Position numbers and translations under genes: made by a program. A stretch of 64,000 bases of DNA, from NCBI GenBank assembly GCA_963719315.1, contig CAVRBU010000004.1, forward strand, positions 32,001-96,000, written 5' to 3'. The stretch comes from an uncultured Planctomycetota bacterium (GTDB lineage: Bacteria; Planctomycetota; Planctomycetia; Pirellulales; Lacipirellulaceae). Shown here one piece after another: positions 44,484-56,075 of this stretch; position 1 is the stretch's first letter; every line of letters starts with the position of its first letter. The notes beneath the pieces are model-generated. The model was not told the origin of the DNA, did not search any database, and saw nothing but the letters and a program-made list of their open reading frames with translations.

Positions 44484-45450
44484 ATGAAAGCGGTCCAAGT
44501 CGTTGCGCGGGGGAGAGCGGAGTTTGTCGACGTCCCCATTCCCAGACTTCAGCCAGGATGTGCGCTCGTTCGTACGCGGCGATTGTCGCTTTGTGGCAGC
44601 GATATTCGCATGTTGCACTTTGCACCGCGGGATGCTTATCCTTTTCCCCCCGGCACAACTGGCCATGAGATGATTGGCGTCGTCGAGGCCATCGATGCAC
44701 CAGAGTCAGCGGTGCAGGTCGGTGATACCGTGCTCGCGCTCGCGCCATGCCATACGGCGATGGCTGAATACTACCTCGCGCCAATCGATTACGTCCTTCC
44801 CTTGCCGCCCGGCATTTCGATTGAGCATCTGTTGCAGGCCCAGCAGTTGGGCACGGTGCTGTTTGCATGTCAACTTCTTCCGAACCTGACGGGTAAGACT
44901 GTGGCGGTTATCGGCCAGGGCTCGGCGGGGCTGTTTTTCGATTTTCAACTACGCCAATTGGGCGCCGCGCGGATCATAGCACTTGACGTAGAGGCTTTCC
45001 GCTTGGAACCGTCCACTGCATTCGGAGCCACGCACACGATCCACAACGCCGCCGTCGATCCATGCGAAGCAATTCGGCGAATCAACGGCGGCGAACTAGC
45101 CGATGTCGTCATTGAAGCCGCCGGCGACGTGCCCGCGATCAATCTGGCGATCGACCTCGTTCGGAAGAGAGGAGACATCTTATACTTCGGCTATCCGCGG
45201 GGCCAAACGATCCCTTTCAACTTCGACGTACTGTTCCACAAATGTTGTCGCGCAGACGATCGTCGGAGCAACCGTCGAGCCGAATCAGGCTTCCACGAGG
45301 AAGGCCATCGAGTTAGTTGATAATCGCCAGATCGACGTGAGCCGGCTCATCACGCACCACTTTCCCTTCGCGGCCGTTGTTGATGCTTACGAATTGCACC
45401 GCACGCGCGGCGATAAATGCCTCAAAATCGTGATTGAAATGCCGGAGTAA
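44484..45450 (+). CDS. Zinc-binding alcohol/sugar dehydrogenase (MDR family; frameshift near 45250)
   Basis: LCGSD, GHEMIG and GQGSAG motifs; C-terminus LITHHFP...KIVI in the second frame. Confidence 0.87.
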
Positions 45451-45456
45451 ATCAAT

Positions 45457-46563
45457 ATGGCGGCTCGTCGCATGTCCGCGGATTCCTTGCGGCGATTTGC
45501 AGAGCAGGCGTTTGTACGCGTCGGCTATCCGCAGGACCAGGCCACCGATGCGGCCGATGTGCTGATTTGGGCGAGTCTGCGCGGCGTCGATACGCACGGG
45601 GTTCGCAATCTCAAGCCGTACTACATCGATCGCACTCTCGAGGGATCGCTGCTTCCTGGCGCCCAAATCCGAATCGAAGTGCAGACGCAGCAAACGGCTT
45701 CGCTCGATGGCGGCTCTGGTCTGGGGCTGGCGTGCGCATGCCGAGCCATGCGGTTGGCAATTGACAAAGCTCGGACTGCTGGCGTGGGGATTGTGTGCGT
45801 CCGCAACACGCACCATTTGGGACCCGCCGGCTATTTTGCTCACATGGCGGTTGAACATGGCATGTTGGGCGCGTGCATGACGGGGCATTTTTTTGGCAAG
45901 GGACACTCGATCGGCATCGCCCCATTGGGCAGCCTGCTGCCGATGCTCTCGACCAGTCCACTCAGCTTCGCAGCGCCGTGCGGTCGCCACGCGCCGTTCG
46001 TGCTCGATATGTCGACGTCGGTGGCCACGATCAATCGCATTGAAATGCATGCCCAAGAAGGGCGGCCGATTCCCAGCGGTTGGGCACGGGACGCGAACGG
46101 CAATCCGACGACCGACCCTGATGCGGCGAGACTTCTGTTGCCGCTGGGCGGCACTGCCGAATTAGGGGGATTTAAAGGCGCTGGATTGGCGATGATGGTG
46201 TCGATCTTGTCGGGGGTTTTATCGGGTGCCTGGGCCCGCGTGGAGGCGGAGATGCCTGACTCAGCTTCAGCCACCCCGCAACCGGCCCGATACGATCAGC
46301 CAACGATGGGACATTTCTTTGCCGCCGTGCGGATCGATAGTTTTCAGCCGGTGGATCGATTCCGCGATGCAATGGATGCCATGGTCGATGCACTTCATGC
46401 AGCCCCCATGAACGCTCCAAACGACGCCGTGCATTATCCGGGCGAGATCGAGTTTGCGACTGCCGCCGAGCGAACGCAACATGGAATCCCGATCAGTGAT
46501 CGGTTATTCGACGAGCTGCAGAGGTTGGCAGAGCAGCTCGAATTGGAGATGCCGCATCTATGA
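45457..46563 (+). CDS. Ldh_2 (malate/L-lactate/ureidoglycolate dehydrogenase-like) oxidoreductase
   Basis: RGVDTHG, NTHHLG, LDMSTS, GGFKGAGL and YPGE motifs. Confidence 0.9.
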   Translation: MAARRMSADSLRRFAEQAFVRVGYPQDQATDAADVLIWASLRGVDTHGVRNLKPYYIDRTLEGSLLPGAQIRIEVQTQQTASLDGGSGLGLACACRAMRLAIDKARTAGVGIVCVRNTHHLGPAGYFAHMAVEHGMLGACMTGHFFGKGHSIGIAPLGSLLPMLSTSPLSFAAPCGRHAPFVLDMSTSVATINRIEMHAQEGRPIPSGWARDANGNPTTDPDAARLLLPLGGTAELGGFKGAGLAMMVSILSGVLSGAWARVEAEMPDSASATPQPARYDQPTMGHFFAAVRIDSFQPVDRFRDAMDAMVDALHAAPMNAPNDAVHYPGEIEFATAAERTQHGIPISDRLFDELQRLAEQLELEMPHL

Positions 46564-46891
46564 GATAAAGGAACTCGAACGCCGCATGGCGTCATTTTGT
46601 ATCCGATCCACGTTGATCCCTGCGACGCTAAAAAGCCAACCTGTCGCAAAACTAGGCGCTTTGAAGGATGAGCACGGATTCTAGCTGTCGTTACCGGAAG
46701 GTTTCACGACGGCAGACCGTACTGCGAAGAATGCCATCAACAAACCGGGGCCGCCTGGGAAAAACCAGGTTATATCCATTGCGTGCTACACGTGGGGTTT
46801 GGCGAGTTGCTACAATTAAGGCTATTGAGTAAGAGCACAGGGTCCAGGAATTGCACGTTTGGGAAATATCGGCATGGGGATGTCTTTACCG

Positions 46892-48357
46892 ATGAAGGTC
46901 GGATTCAAGAAGTTGCTTATTGCGTCTGTAACGCTACTCAATGCATTGTTTCTTCCCCAGCCCCGCGTGCTCGCGATTTTGCGGGCGTTTCCAGGGGCGG
47001 AAGGAGCGGGCGCCTTTGCCACTGGCGGCAGGGGAGGCGTCGTCTATCATGTGACGAGCCTGGCCGACAGCGGTAATGGCACATTGCGAAGCGGCATCGA
47101 AAACGCCAGTGGGCCAACGACTATCGTCTTCGACATCTCCGGGACGATCGCGTTGCAGAGCCAACTGGTTATCCGTAAGCCCAACATCACGATTGCCGGC
47201 CAGACTGCCCCCGGCAGTGGCATCACAGTGACCGGCGATGTCTTCAGCGTCAGTTCCAGCTCGTCAAATCATACGCAAGCCGACAACACCATTATCCGCT
47301 ATATGCGCTTTCGAAACGGCCAGCCGGCGGTCAACCAGAAGGACGCCTTTAACATCACCGCGGGGAGAAACGTGATTGTCGATCACGTTTCGGCGTCGTG
47401 GGGGGGCGATGAAAACCTCTCGGTCACCAAGAGCGCCGATAACGTGACCGTGCAATGGAGCTTCAATACCGAAGCGCTCAATGCCAACAACCACGGCTAT
47501 GGGTCGTTGATCGCACCGGAGACCCAAGGGGCACGATACACGTTTCACCATAACCTGTATGCCAACGATGCCGGGCGGATTCCGCGTGCCGGCAGTCGAA
47601 ACTTCGCCACCGATTTCGTCTTCGACTACCGCAATAACGTCGCCTACAATTGGGGCACACAAGGCAACTGGGGTGGCTGGGCCGTCGTCGGCGGGAATCC
47701 CAACGAAGAGACCGTCGATTTTAACTTCATCAACAATTACTACATCGCGGGGCCCAACACGATCAGTTCATTCTACCAGAACACCGCGTTGTCGTCTAAT
47801 TTCGTCACGAGCCGGATCCACCAGTCCGGAAACAAGATCGACTCGAATCGCAACGGTATGCTGGACGGCACGGACACCGGCTGGAACATGATCCGCGGCG
47901 CGTACACGCAACGGCCTACCCCTTTCCCCATTTTTCCTCTCTATGCCGTGACCACCGAGACCGCCGACGAGGCCTACAACAGTGTCTTGAACGAAGGCGG
48001 CGCCAACTTTCCCGCTCGCGATGCGGTGGACCTTCGCGTCATCGCGGGAGTGCTCAACCAGACGGGTAGAATCATCAGCGATGAGTCTGGAGTGGGAGGG
48101 TTGCCGATGCTGCCCGTGGTGATCCGCCCCACCGGATTCGACATCGATTCCGATGGCATGCCAAACGCCTGGGAAATCGCCCAGGGGCTCAATCCAAACA
48201 ACGCGTCCGACCGCAATGGCATCGGCGCTGGTGGTTACACCAACCTCGAGATCTATCTCAACTCACTTGTGGCGGTTCCCGAACCGGGGCGCTCCTGTTG
48301 CTGAGCACGGCTTACGCGGGATTCCTTTTGCTGCGGCGGGGGCGCGTGAATGCCTAG
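46892..48357 (+). CDS. Pectate lyase (PL1-like) with PEP-CTERM tail (frameshift in the G run just after PEP)
   Basis: AFPGAEGAGAFATGGRGG, IAGQTAPG, DHVSASWGGDE and DSDGMPNAWE motifs; adding one G gives VPEPGALLLLSTAYAGFLLLRRGR. Confidence 0.88.
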
Positions 48358-48466
48358 GCCGCGTCCACGGTTCGTTTCCCCGACCTACCAGGGGGGGCCG
48401 GGCCAGTTCGCCGGAACCTCTACCAACATCCCGCACGGCACCACGACTCTTCAACGTGCTGCCAAG

Positions 48467-50053
48467 TTAGCTGGGTCTCCGCAACAAATAATTGACTAGC
48501 CAGGTAACGAGGATGCCAAACGCCAATATCGCCAATAGGATTCCTATTGCCCACCATCCGGCGAAATCCCAATAGCCTCGCAATGCCACCACTACAAAGG
48601 CAACGCCGCCGATCAGATTGAGCGCGACCAAAGCGCGCGGCATACGATGCTGAACGGGCAGGCGGAGATCGACCCAAGGATTCAAGAAGCAAATCACGCC
48701 GCAGGCGAACACGCTGGTAAACAGATTGACCGGTATGAGCAGGGTGGTCAGTCCCGGCAATTTCTCTTCGCCCACTCGCAATTGATAAAAAAAGTTCACC
48801 GCCAACACCACAAGGGCCACACCCGTACACCATCCGATGGCCAAATTGCGCAATTGCCGCGAGTTGCCGCGCGTGAGCTTGTTTGGGACGACGGCCAGCG
48901 CCGTCTCGCGCAGGATGGTAGGCGCGACTTCCAGCGTGCCATAGAGAGTGCCGGCAATTGCCAAGAATGCGGCCGCGACATAGAGCGGGTAGAGCCACGG
49001 GTGAATGCGAGTTAAGAATTGAGCCTGATGCTCAAGAAATGCGCCGTCACCGGGGAGTTGATGTTCCGGCCCCAACACCAGTTTGCCCGATGCCACGAAG
49101 ACCGCGCTAAATAGCAGCACGACCAAAAAACTCAGCGTGCAATCGACCAGGGGGGCACGGAGCCACTGCCGCAGCGTTTGGTCGTCCAAGGTTGGCCGCT
49201 GGGCTGCGCCGACGACTGATTCATCAACTTCCAAGGCGGCGTCTTGCGCTACCGGGACCGCATTGCCCCATTGTTTATCGCGAATAAACGACGTGTACGC
49301 GAGGTAATCGTAGCCCGCACCGCCAATCACGCCGGCATACAAGGAAAGTTCCACCCACACGGGACGGTCGGCGATCAGCCGCGCGGCGGGCTGTGAATCG
49401 CTCAACAGCCAAGCAGGATACTCCAATCGCCGTGGGACGATGAAGCCGAGCAAAAACTCCAGCCAGTCTGGCTGGAACAATAAAAGCGCGACGATCACGG
49501 CCACGAGCATGCAGGCAACGATCACGAGTTGAATCTTTTCCAAAGCCGAATACCCGCCGGATAGTGCGAGCAAAAAAACTCCGATGAGCAGGCCCGAGCC
49601 CCACAAGTGAATCGTCGCCCCGCCAAGGTGCCGCTTCGTGCCGGTCAGCCCGGCCAGTAAATCGCCCAGGACGCTGGAATGAAAGCTGACCCAAACGGGA
49701 ATAAGTGCGGCAGCGAGCAGAAAGAAGAGAACCGTCAGCCAACCGCGTGGTCCAAAAGGCAAGTCCATCCACCTTTCGAGCGGGTGTGCGCCCGAGATCA
49801 CCATGTGTCGGGCTGCGGAGTAGGCGAGCGTCCACTTCAGCAAACAGATTAGAGTGAACAGGAAGAGAATGTTGTAGCCAAAGATCACGCCGCCGCGCGA
49901 CGAGAAGATCAATTCGCCCGTGCCAATCGTCAGCGATGCGATAACCGCTCCGGGTCCGAAGACGCGGAGCCAGGCCAGCGGGTTGCTGGAGACCAGCGCG
50001 CGGGGAATCCGCGGCGGGACGGCCACTTCCGAAACTTCTGGAGCGCTGCTCAT
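48467..50053 (-). CDS. Nramp/SLC11-like (YcsG-type) transporter
   Basis: FGPGAVIASLTIGTGELI and GGYSALEK motifs; many TM segments. Confidence 0.75.
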   Translation of the reverse strand: MSSAPEVSEVAVPPRIPRALVSSNPLAWLRVFGPGAVIASLTIGTGELIFSSRGGVIFGYNILFLFTLICLLKWTLAYSAARHMVISGAHPLERWMDLPFGPRGWLTVLFFLLAAALIPVWVSFHSSVLGDLLAGLTGTKRHLGGATIHLWGSGLLIGVFLLALSGGYSALEKIQLVIVACMLVAVIVALLLFQPDWLEFLLGFIVPRRLEYPAWLLSDSQPAARLIADRPVWVELSLYAGVIGGAGYDYLAYTSFIRDKQWGNAVPVAQDAALEVDESVVGAAQRPTLDDQTLRQWLRAPLVDCTLSFLVVLLFSAVFVASGKLVLGPEHQLPGDGAFLEHQAQFLTRIHPWLYPLYVAAAFLAIAGTLYGTLEVAPTILRETALAVVPNKLTRGNSRQLRNLAIGWCTGVALVVLAVNFFYQLRVGEEKLPGLTTLLIPVNLFTSVFACGVICFLNPWVDLRLPVQHRMPRALVALNLIGGVAFVVVALRGYWDFAGWWAIGILLAILAFGILVTWLVNYLLRRPS

Positions 50054-50086
50054 TATGGACGCAACGGCGGCGACGGATGATCTGGT

Positions 50087-51355
50087 CTACCCACGGCGCG
50101 TTCCACCGCGCTTGGTCGCCATGCAAACGTCGACAACCCGACCTGCGTCCGACAGCGCAACATGGAACTGCTGTGGACCTTCAATGCGATGGACCGACAC
50201 ATGATAACTCTCTTCGGCTACGGCCAGATACGGGCGCTTATTCAAATCGGTAGGTTTCCGGATCTTGCCCCAAGATCCATCGCCCAGATACAAAACGCCC
50301 TTCGCGTTCGGTCTTCCATCAAGCAACGGATGCGTCCTTTTGTAGGTGTGATCGTGGTGTTCGAGCACGGCATCGACGTTGTATCGTTCGAATAGCGGTA
50401 CCCAGTGCCGCCGGTTGTCTTCACCGGTTCCGATTTTGTCGCCCACCGTCTCAAAGGCGCGATGCGAGGGATAAGCAGGCACGTGATTGACTACGAACAC
50501 GTTTGGACAGTCCTGTCGCTCCTTCAGCGCGCGTGCAAGCCAATCGGTCTGCGCGCCCTCGATCGGCGACGTGTGGTTCGTGTCAAGAAACACCAGCGAC
50601 ATGTATTGGCCAAAATCGAGTGTCGCGAAACCCGTGTCGGGAAACAGGCCATCGAATATCGAGTAGAAAAATGGCGCCTGCGTCCGCGGCTGCTCGTAAC
50701 TGCCTACGACTTCGTGGTTACCTATGCCGCCCAATAGCGGAATGAGGCGCTGCTGGTCATCGCGCAAGTCACTCGAATAGTTCTTGAGGAATTCAAGAAA
50801 ACGATCGGGGCTTTCGCCGTTCTCGTAGGCCAAGTCGCCGCCCATGATTACGAAACGCGGCGCCTGAGCAGCCGCAATTTTATTTGTTTTCCGCGGGTGC
50901 TCGCCCACACCGCAGTCGCCGCCCGAAACGAATTGGATGGGATTCGTATCTTTGACCGGCATCGTGCGAAAACAAAATTCGGGAGAATCCAGGCCGACGC
51001 GGAAAATGTAATCCGTATCGGGTTCCAAGCCGTTCATCTCGGAGCGAAGAATCCAGTGATCGCTGAGCGGGAACCGGCGCTTTGAGCATCCTTGGCTGCG
51101 CCATAACTGGTTACCTTTTTTTGCATACCAGACCGGCCGCTTCGCCCCATCCGCTTCCGATCCGACCCACTGGATGGTCATGGTCGTCGTCGGATCGCGC
51201 TGCCAGGTAAGGAATAACGCGGTAGGTTCAAATGTCGGCGTCTCTGCAAATTTCGGCGCCTCGCTGGAAGTATTTCCAATAGCGCAGTGCACATACCCGC
51301 CTGCCACTGCCAGCGAAGCCGATTGCAGAAAACGCCGCCGATCTAGCTCGTTCAT
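50087..51355 (-). CDS. Tat-exported metallophosphoesterase (purple acid phosphatase-like)
   Basis: RRRFLQ Tat motif; GGDCG, GGDLAY, GNHE and HHDHTY motifs. Confidence 0.88.
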   Translation of the reverse strand: MNELDRRRFLQSASLAVAGGYVHCAIGNTSSEAPKFAETPTFEPTALFLTWQRDPTTTMTIQWVGSEADGAKRPVWYAKKGNQLWRSQGCSKRRFPLSDHWILRSEMNGLEPDTDYIFRVGLDSPEFCFRTMPVKDTNPIQFVSGGDCGVGEHPRKTNKIAAAQAPRFVIMGGDLAYENGESPDRFLEFLKNYSSDLRDDQQRLIPLLGGIGNHEVVGSYEQPRTQAPFFYSIFDGLFPDTGFATLDFGQYMSLVFLDTNHTSPIEGAQTDWLARALKERQDCPNVFVVNHVPAYPSHRAFETVGDKIGTGEDNRRHWVPLFERYNVDAVLEHHDHTYKRTHPLLDGRPNAKGVLYLGDGSWGKIRKPTDLNKRPYLAVAEESYHVSVHRIEGPQQFHVALSDAGRVVDVCMATKRGGTRRG

Positions 51356-51382
51356 TTCGCTCTAACCTTGAGATGAGCTTGT

Positions 51383-52936
51383 TTACGACACATGCAGCAG
51401 TTCACGCGCCTCTTGAACACCAGGTGCGGGGTAGCCGTATTCGCTAGCGGTAACACGGGCCAAACCGACCAATTGACGCCAGCGGAAGGCCGGCCGCGTC
51501 GTGGCAAATTCCTCGCTGACCGTGCGGTAATACTTTTCCGCGTGCAGCGCTCCATCCTCACTGACCGCGTAGTTCAACAGCAGGTCAAAGACCGGGCGTT
51601 CCGGCAGATTCAGCTCGCCATAACGATGCACTACGGCGCAGGCCCGCGCCTGGTCTTTGCCGCGGATGGCTTCCTCGGCCCGTCCCAGTAGCTTCGTGGC
51701 ATCCTTCGAATCGATTTCGTCCAGCAATTGAGTGTAGGGATAGGGATCTTTGGTAGTATATGCGGTTTGGCCCGCGGTGTGGAAAGCACCGACAATCAAT
51801 GCCGCAACCTTATTTCGCGGATTGCTGACGCGCGAAATATTGCGCCAGGCGTTCGCCGCGTCCGAAGCATGCACGCCGACCGAATCGCCATGCACACAAC
51901 CTGGCGGCTTTTGTGGCGTGCTGTTCCTCTCCAGTCGGCCCGGGTCGTGCAGCATCAACGAGTTGGCGGCTAAGGAGATCGCTTCGCCCACCGACTCAGG
52001 ATCCATGCCTTCGGCCAGTGCGGCGGCGGCCGCATCGGCAGCCTGCTCGCGCGTGCCCGAGTAAATCACCTGCGCAAGCGCTTCCACCTGGGAGTCCTCG
52101 GCCCGGCGATCGCCGAGCGATTTGCTCAACAAATGGTGCTCGTCCAAAAGTTGCGGTAACACAGCGCACACTTCCGGCGTCGGCTGTTGATGGTCACGCA
52201 TGGATTGTTCGGAGTCGATGCAGAATCGAACCGACTGACGAAGCAAAGTCTCGGCATACTGCTGGCCGGTCAACTCCAGCATGGCCCAGGCTCGCCAGGC
52301 CAGCACGACCCGGTGGACGTTTACGTCATCGTCGACCGCCAATTGCAGCGCGTTGAAAGCGTCGATTGCCGGCTCGGCTGCAATTGCGGCGAAGCGGGCT
52401 TCAGCGTCGTGCAAATCGTTCGCGCGAATCGCATCTCGCAACCATTCGCCACTACGATCCGGCGCAACCGGTTTCGCCGCGTCGATGTGATGCAACGTAT
52501 CCCGCCGGGCGAATTGCTGGTCTTGGATGCGACTGCTGTTGCGGTACAGCACCTTCAGCACGGGTAGCGCTTGGCGTTCGGAAGGAAGTTCTCCCGCCAT
52601 CTTGTAGGCCGGCACCAGGGCCATGAACGTGTGATAGCCCGTGTAGTCGTTGCCGCCAAACGCCCGAGCGTTCGCAAGCGCGGCTGCGGAGACGAGTGTT
52701 TTAAGGTCGGTGCCCGATTGCAGCTTCGCCACCAAGAGAGGTTGCAGCTTTTCCGGCGGCGTCTCTTGCATCAAAGAGACGAGAGGCTCGAGGTTGCCAA
52801 ACGTCAAGCGTTGGCTGGCCTCCTCGGCAATGGCAGGCGACATTCCCAACTCGAAGGCGGCCACCGACCCCAGACTGGCCACTAGCATGCCTCGGCCGAC
52901 GTCCTCCAGAAACTCACGACGACTGTGACTATTCAT
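51383..52936 (-). CDS. Tat-exported helical hypothetical protein
   Basis: SRREFL Tat motif; 517 aa; RBS AGGAG. Confidence 0.75.
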   Translation of the reverse strand: MNSHSRREFLEDVGRGMLVASLGSVAAFELGMSPAIAEEASQRLTFGNLEPLVSLMQETPPEKLQPLLVAKLQSGTDLKTLVSAAALANARAFGGNDYTGYHTFMALVPAYKMAGELPSERQALPVLKVLYRNSSRIQDQQFARRDTLHHIDAAKPVAPDRSGEWLRDAIRANDLHDAEARFAAIAAEPAIDAFNALQLAVDDDVNVHRVVLAWRAWAMLELTGQQYAETLLRQSVRFCIDSEQSMRDHQQPTPEVCAVLPQLLDEHHLLSKSLGDRRAEDSQVEALAQVIYSGTREQAADAAAAALAEGMDPESVGEAISLAANSLMLHDPGRLERNSTPQKPPGCVHGDSVGVHASDAANAWRNISRVSNPRNKVAALIVGAFHTAGQTAYTTKDPYPYTQLLDEIDSKDATKLLGRAEEAIRGKDQARACAVVHRYGELNLPERPVFDLLLNYAVSEDGALHAEKYYRTVSEEFATTRPAFRWRQLVGLARVTASEYGYPAPGVQEARELLHVS

Positions 52937-53010
52937 GACACGTCTCCTTATGAGTGGTCATCGATCAGACACCGGATTCACCTCATCATAATCCCGCATG
53001 ATAGGCTGTG

Positions 53011-54483
53011 TCAGCCCACTCCTGAAATTGCTGATTCCAATGTATTTGCCTTTGCGGCCGTTTCAGATCCGCCACGTAAGGCGACGATCGTAAGTACCAC
53101 GCTGCAAACGGCATACACGATGCCGTTCGGTGTGCGGCTGGTCCACGCTTGCCACGGCCAAGGGTAGTGAAAGAACGCGAAATTCAGTCCGAAATAGAGC
53201 CACGTCGTCACCAGCAACGCCCATCGCGAAAAAGTGCGTGAACTGGGGTGGCTATCCGCATACCGGGCCAGCAAGAGCGCTGCCACGACGGTCACGACCA
53301 GCGGCAGAACCAGGTAAATTGCGAAACCAACGACAGGAGAAACCGCGTTCTCCTGGTAACAAAGCTGCCGCACCGTCTTACCAGCAATCGGCAGGGCGGT
53401 GATTGGCAGTGTGACCAAATAGGGCCAAAGCCGTCCTCCGATGACGGCCACTAGAGGAATCGCGATCATCGTCAGCGCGTTATCGGCAACCATATCCAAG
53501 GGCGGGTATTCGGCGAAATTCCAGGTGACGAGCGCTGTCACGTGTACCACAACCAGCAGCCATTCGGTCGGTTCTCGGAATATGACTGCTGGAGTCTGTT
53601 GCTCGGCCGCGATCAGGCGCCTGTTCAGCCACAGTCCAAGCGCCAACATCGCGCCCCAAACCGCGCCAAACGTCGTTTCCATGAAGTTCCACCAATTCAT
53701 GTGCGGATCGAGCGTCGCAAACCAACCATTGCGAATCGAGTCGACGTTCCAGGCATGGTAGGCCTGCAGGCACTGTCCGCCGGCGAACCCGAGCGCGCCT
53801 CCCAAAAACCCCCAGGCGGCCAGACGAAGGGCGAGCCGATCTCTTCGGATCACGCCGAGATACGCGACGAACGCGAGTAGCGCGAATAACAATCCTCCCC
53901 ATCGCTCCGGACGTGGTTCAAGAGCGGCGCCCGGCTCCCAATACCAGTCGTCTGAGAAGTATATTTTCGGCAACTTATGCGTGGCCGGATCGAAGGGCAT
54001 ATTCAACAGGTACACGCCCAGAAAAAAACAAGCGAGCAACACCGCCAGCAGCATGGCAAGCTCGAAGGGTCGATACGTGCGTTCGCCGAGCCCCATCCCC
54101 AGCATGGCGCCCGCAAACGCAATCCAAATCCCTCCCTTGATCGCGAGGCCCAGCAGCCCCCAGCGAAGTGCCTCCCAGTTGCCGATTAACGCAACGTCTT
54201 GAGTTAATCCGACCGTTTGGCCGTACGTCATCGATCCGCCCAATGAAATACCCAAGGCGCAGAGGGCCACAGCCCGCGCCGCCGTCAGCGATGTCGCGCG
54301 TGGGCAAAACAAGTGCACCAAAACGAGGCCAGCCAATACGCCGGCCAGCATTGCGCCGGTCTCGTGACCGTACTGCCCACGAATGCCCCACCCCATTCCA
54401 CCAGCCGATGCAGCCGATACGAGCACCAACCAGAGCGGTGGATACGATCGGTCGTCGTGCAATGGGTACGAATCAGCGGTCAT
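53011..54483 (-). CDS. Multi-pass membrane hypothetical protein
   Basis: 490 aa; many TM segments; GWGIRGQYGHETGA motif. Confidence 0.75.
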   Translation of the reverse strand: MTADSYPLHDDRSYPPLWLVLVSAASAGGMGWGIRGQYGHETGAMLAGVLAGLVLVHLFCPRATSLTAARAVALCALGISLGGSMTYGQTVGLTQDVALIGNWEALRWGLLGLAIKGGIWIAFAGAMLGMGLGERTYRPFELAMLLAVLLACFFLGVYLLNMPFDPATHKLPKIYFSDDWYWEPGAALEPRPERWGGLLFALLAFVAYLGVIRRDRLALRLAAWGFLGGALGFAGGQCLQAYHAWNVDSIRNGWFATLDPHMNWWNFMETTFGAVWGAMLALGLWLNRRLIAAEQQTPAVIFREPTEWLLVVVHVTALVTWNFAEYPPLDMVADNALTMIAIPLVAVIGGRLWPYLVTLPITALPIAGKTVRQLCYQENAVSPVVGFAIYLVLPLVVTVVAALLLARYADSHPSSRTFSRWALLVTTWLYFGLNFAFFHYPWPWQAWTSRTPNGIVYAVCSVVLTIVALRGGSETAAKANTLESAISGVG

Positions 54484-54513
54484 CCAGTTTCGTTAGCAGC
54501 AGGTTTCGCCGTT

Positions 54514-55881
54514 TCAGGTAACCTCCCAACCCTTTCGGTAAGTGCCACGAATCAACTGTGTCGCCTCTCGATTGTTGACGACCTCTCCAGTCTGCCCATC
54601 GTATTCCAGCGCCTGACCCAGGCGAACGGCGAGATTGCCGAGCAGCATGGCTTCTGTCATCCTCGACGCGTAGTCGAAGTTGCTCATCGGCGCGGGCCCT
54701 CCCTGGATGGCGCGAATCCACTCTCGCTTTTGGTCCGTATCGGGGCCATCGGCTCCGCCCAAACGCTCAATCGTCGCCCGAGGGCGCTGAAAGTCTGCAA
54801 ACTCCTTTTTGGGCAGTAGCACTTGTTCGCTGCCGTAGTCGCTGGGAGTGAAGATCGAGCCTCTCTCACCGATAAAAATCATACCGCTGTCAACGAATTG
54901 TTCGCCCTGCAACAAGTCCGTGTGGGGCAGATTGCGCTGGCCATCCTTGGCACCCTCGTACCAGGTAAGTTTTACTGCCGGCAAAGCACCTCGAGCGGGA
55001 AACTCATAAATAATTGTCGCCCAAGCGGGATATGTTTCCGGATTGATCGGGCCGCTCTGGGCAGATACGCGCTGCGGGAGGCCCAATTTCAGCGCCATGA
55101 AGGCGAGATTCGCCGTGTGGCAAGCCATATCGCCCAACGCGCCGGTCCCAAAGTCCCACCAACCACGCCAGTTGTGTGGATGGTACACCGGATTGTATGG
55201 CCGGACGGCTGCCGGACCCAGAAACAGATCCCAGTGGACGCGAGACGGAACGGGGATCGTTTCCGTTGGGCGAGCTACGATGTCCGGCGCCTGTTTCCAA
55301 TAGTTGAACGGTCGGTTGGTCCAAACATGGACCTCTTGAATCGGGCCGATCGCACCGGATTGGACCAACTCGATTCCAGCGCGAAAACCATCGGCTGCGG
55401 TTCCCTGGTTTCCCATCTGGGTTTGCACCTTGCATTGCCGAGCCGTTTCCCGCATCAGCCGTGCTTCGGCGGGCGTGTGAGTGAGCGGCTTTTGGCAATA
55501 AACGTGCTTGCCCATCCGCATCGCACGAATCGATGCCGGTGCGTGATGGTGGTCGGGTGCGCTAACGACAACCGCATCAATTTCACGTCCCATTTCGTCC
55601 AGCAGCTTGCGGTAGTCGAAGTACCGCTTGGCCTTGGGAAAGACTTGTGCTTTCTCGTTCAGGCGAATCTCGTCGATATCGCAGATAGCTACTACATCCG
55701 CAAACTTTCCTGCCTGATCGATGTCGCTCTTTCCTTTGCCCCCGACGCCGATACCTGCAATGCGTAATCGTTCATTGGGCGAATTGCTGAACGCGAAATT
55801 GGTCTGCCCAGCAACCCAATAGCCGGCGGCCGCGCCAGACAGTGTTCCAAAGAAACTCCGTCGATTCAAGCGTCGTGACAT
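54514..55881 (-). CDS. Tat-exported Gfo/Idh/MocA oxidoreductase
   Basis: NRRSFF; GVGGKG, PDHHHA, YCQKPL, QMGNQG and GDMACH motifs. Confidence 0.92.
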   Translation of the reverse strand: MSRRLNRRSFFGTLSGAAAGYWVAGQTNFAFSNSPNERLRIAGIGVGGKGKSDIDQAGKFADVVAICDIDEIRLNEKAQVFPKAKRYFDYRKLLDEMGREIDAVVVSAPDHHHAPASIRAMRMGKHVYCQKPLTHTPAEARLMRETARQCKVQTQMGNQGTAADGFRAGIELVQSGAIGPIQEVHVWTNRPFNYWKQAPDIVARPTETIPVPSRVHWDLFLGPAAVRPYNPVYHPHNWRGWWDFGTGALGDMACHTANLAFMALKLGLPQRVSAQSGPINPETYPAWATIIYEFPARGALPAVKLTWYEGAKDGQRNLPHTDLLQGEQFVDSGMIFIGERGSIFTPSDYGSEQVLLPKKEFADFQRPRATIERLGGADGPDTDQKREWIRAIQGGPAPMSNFDYASRMTEAMLLGNLAVRLGQALEYDGQTGEVVNNREATQLIRGTYRKGWEVT

Positions 55882-56075
55882 GGTCAAAGCTCCTTAGCAC
55901 CGTTTTTCAGCACGGGCCTTATTTCAAATTCAGGTGAGGACACAAGACCCGGCTGTAGAAACTGTCCGCCGATCGCTTCTTCTAAGCGCGACTCCGGACT
56001 ACAATCGGCGATAACTGGTTCAATTTTCGCCCCACTCTACGTTGATTAGGATACTCCATCATGTGCAGCCGCGAA

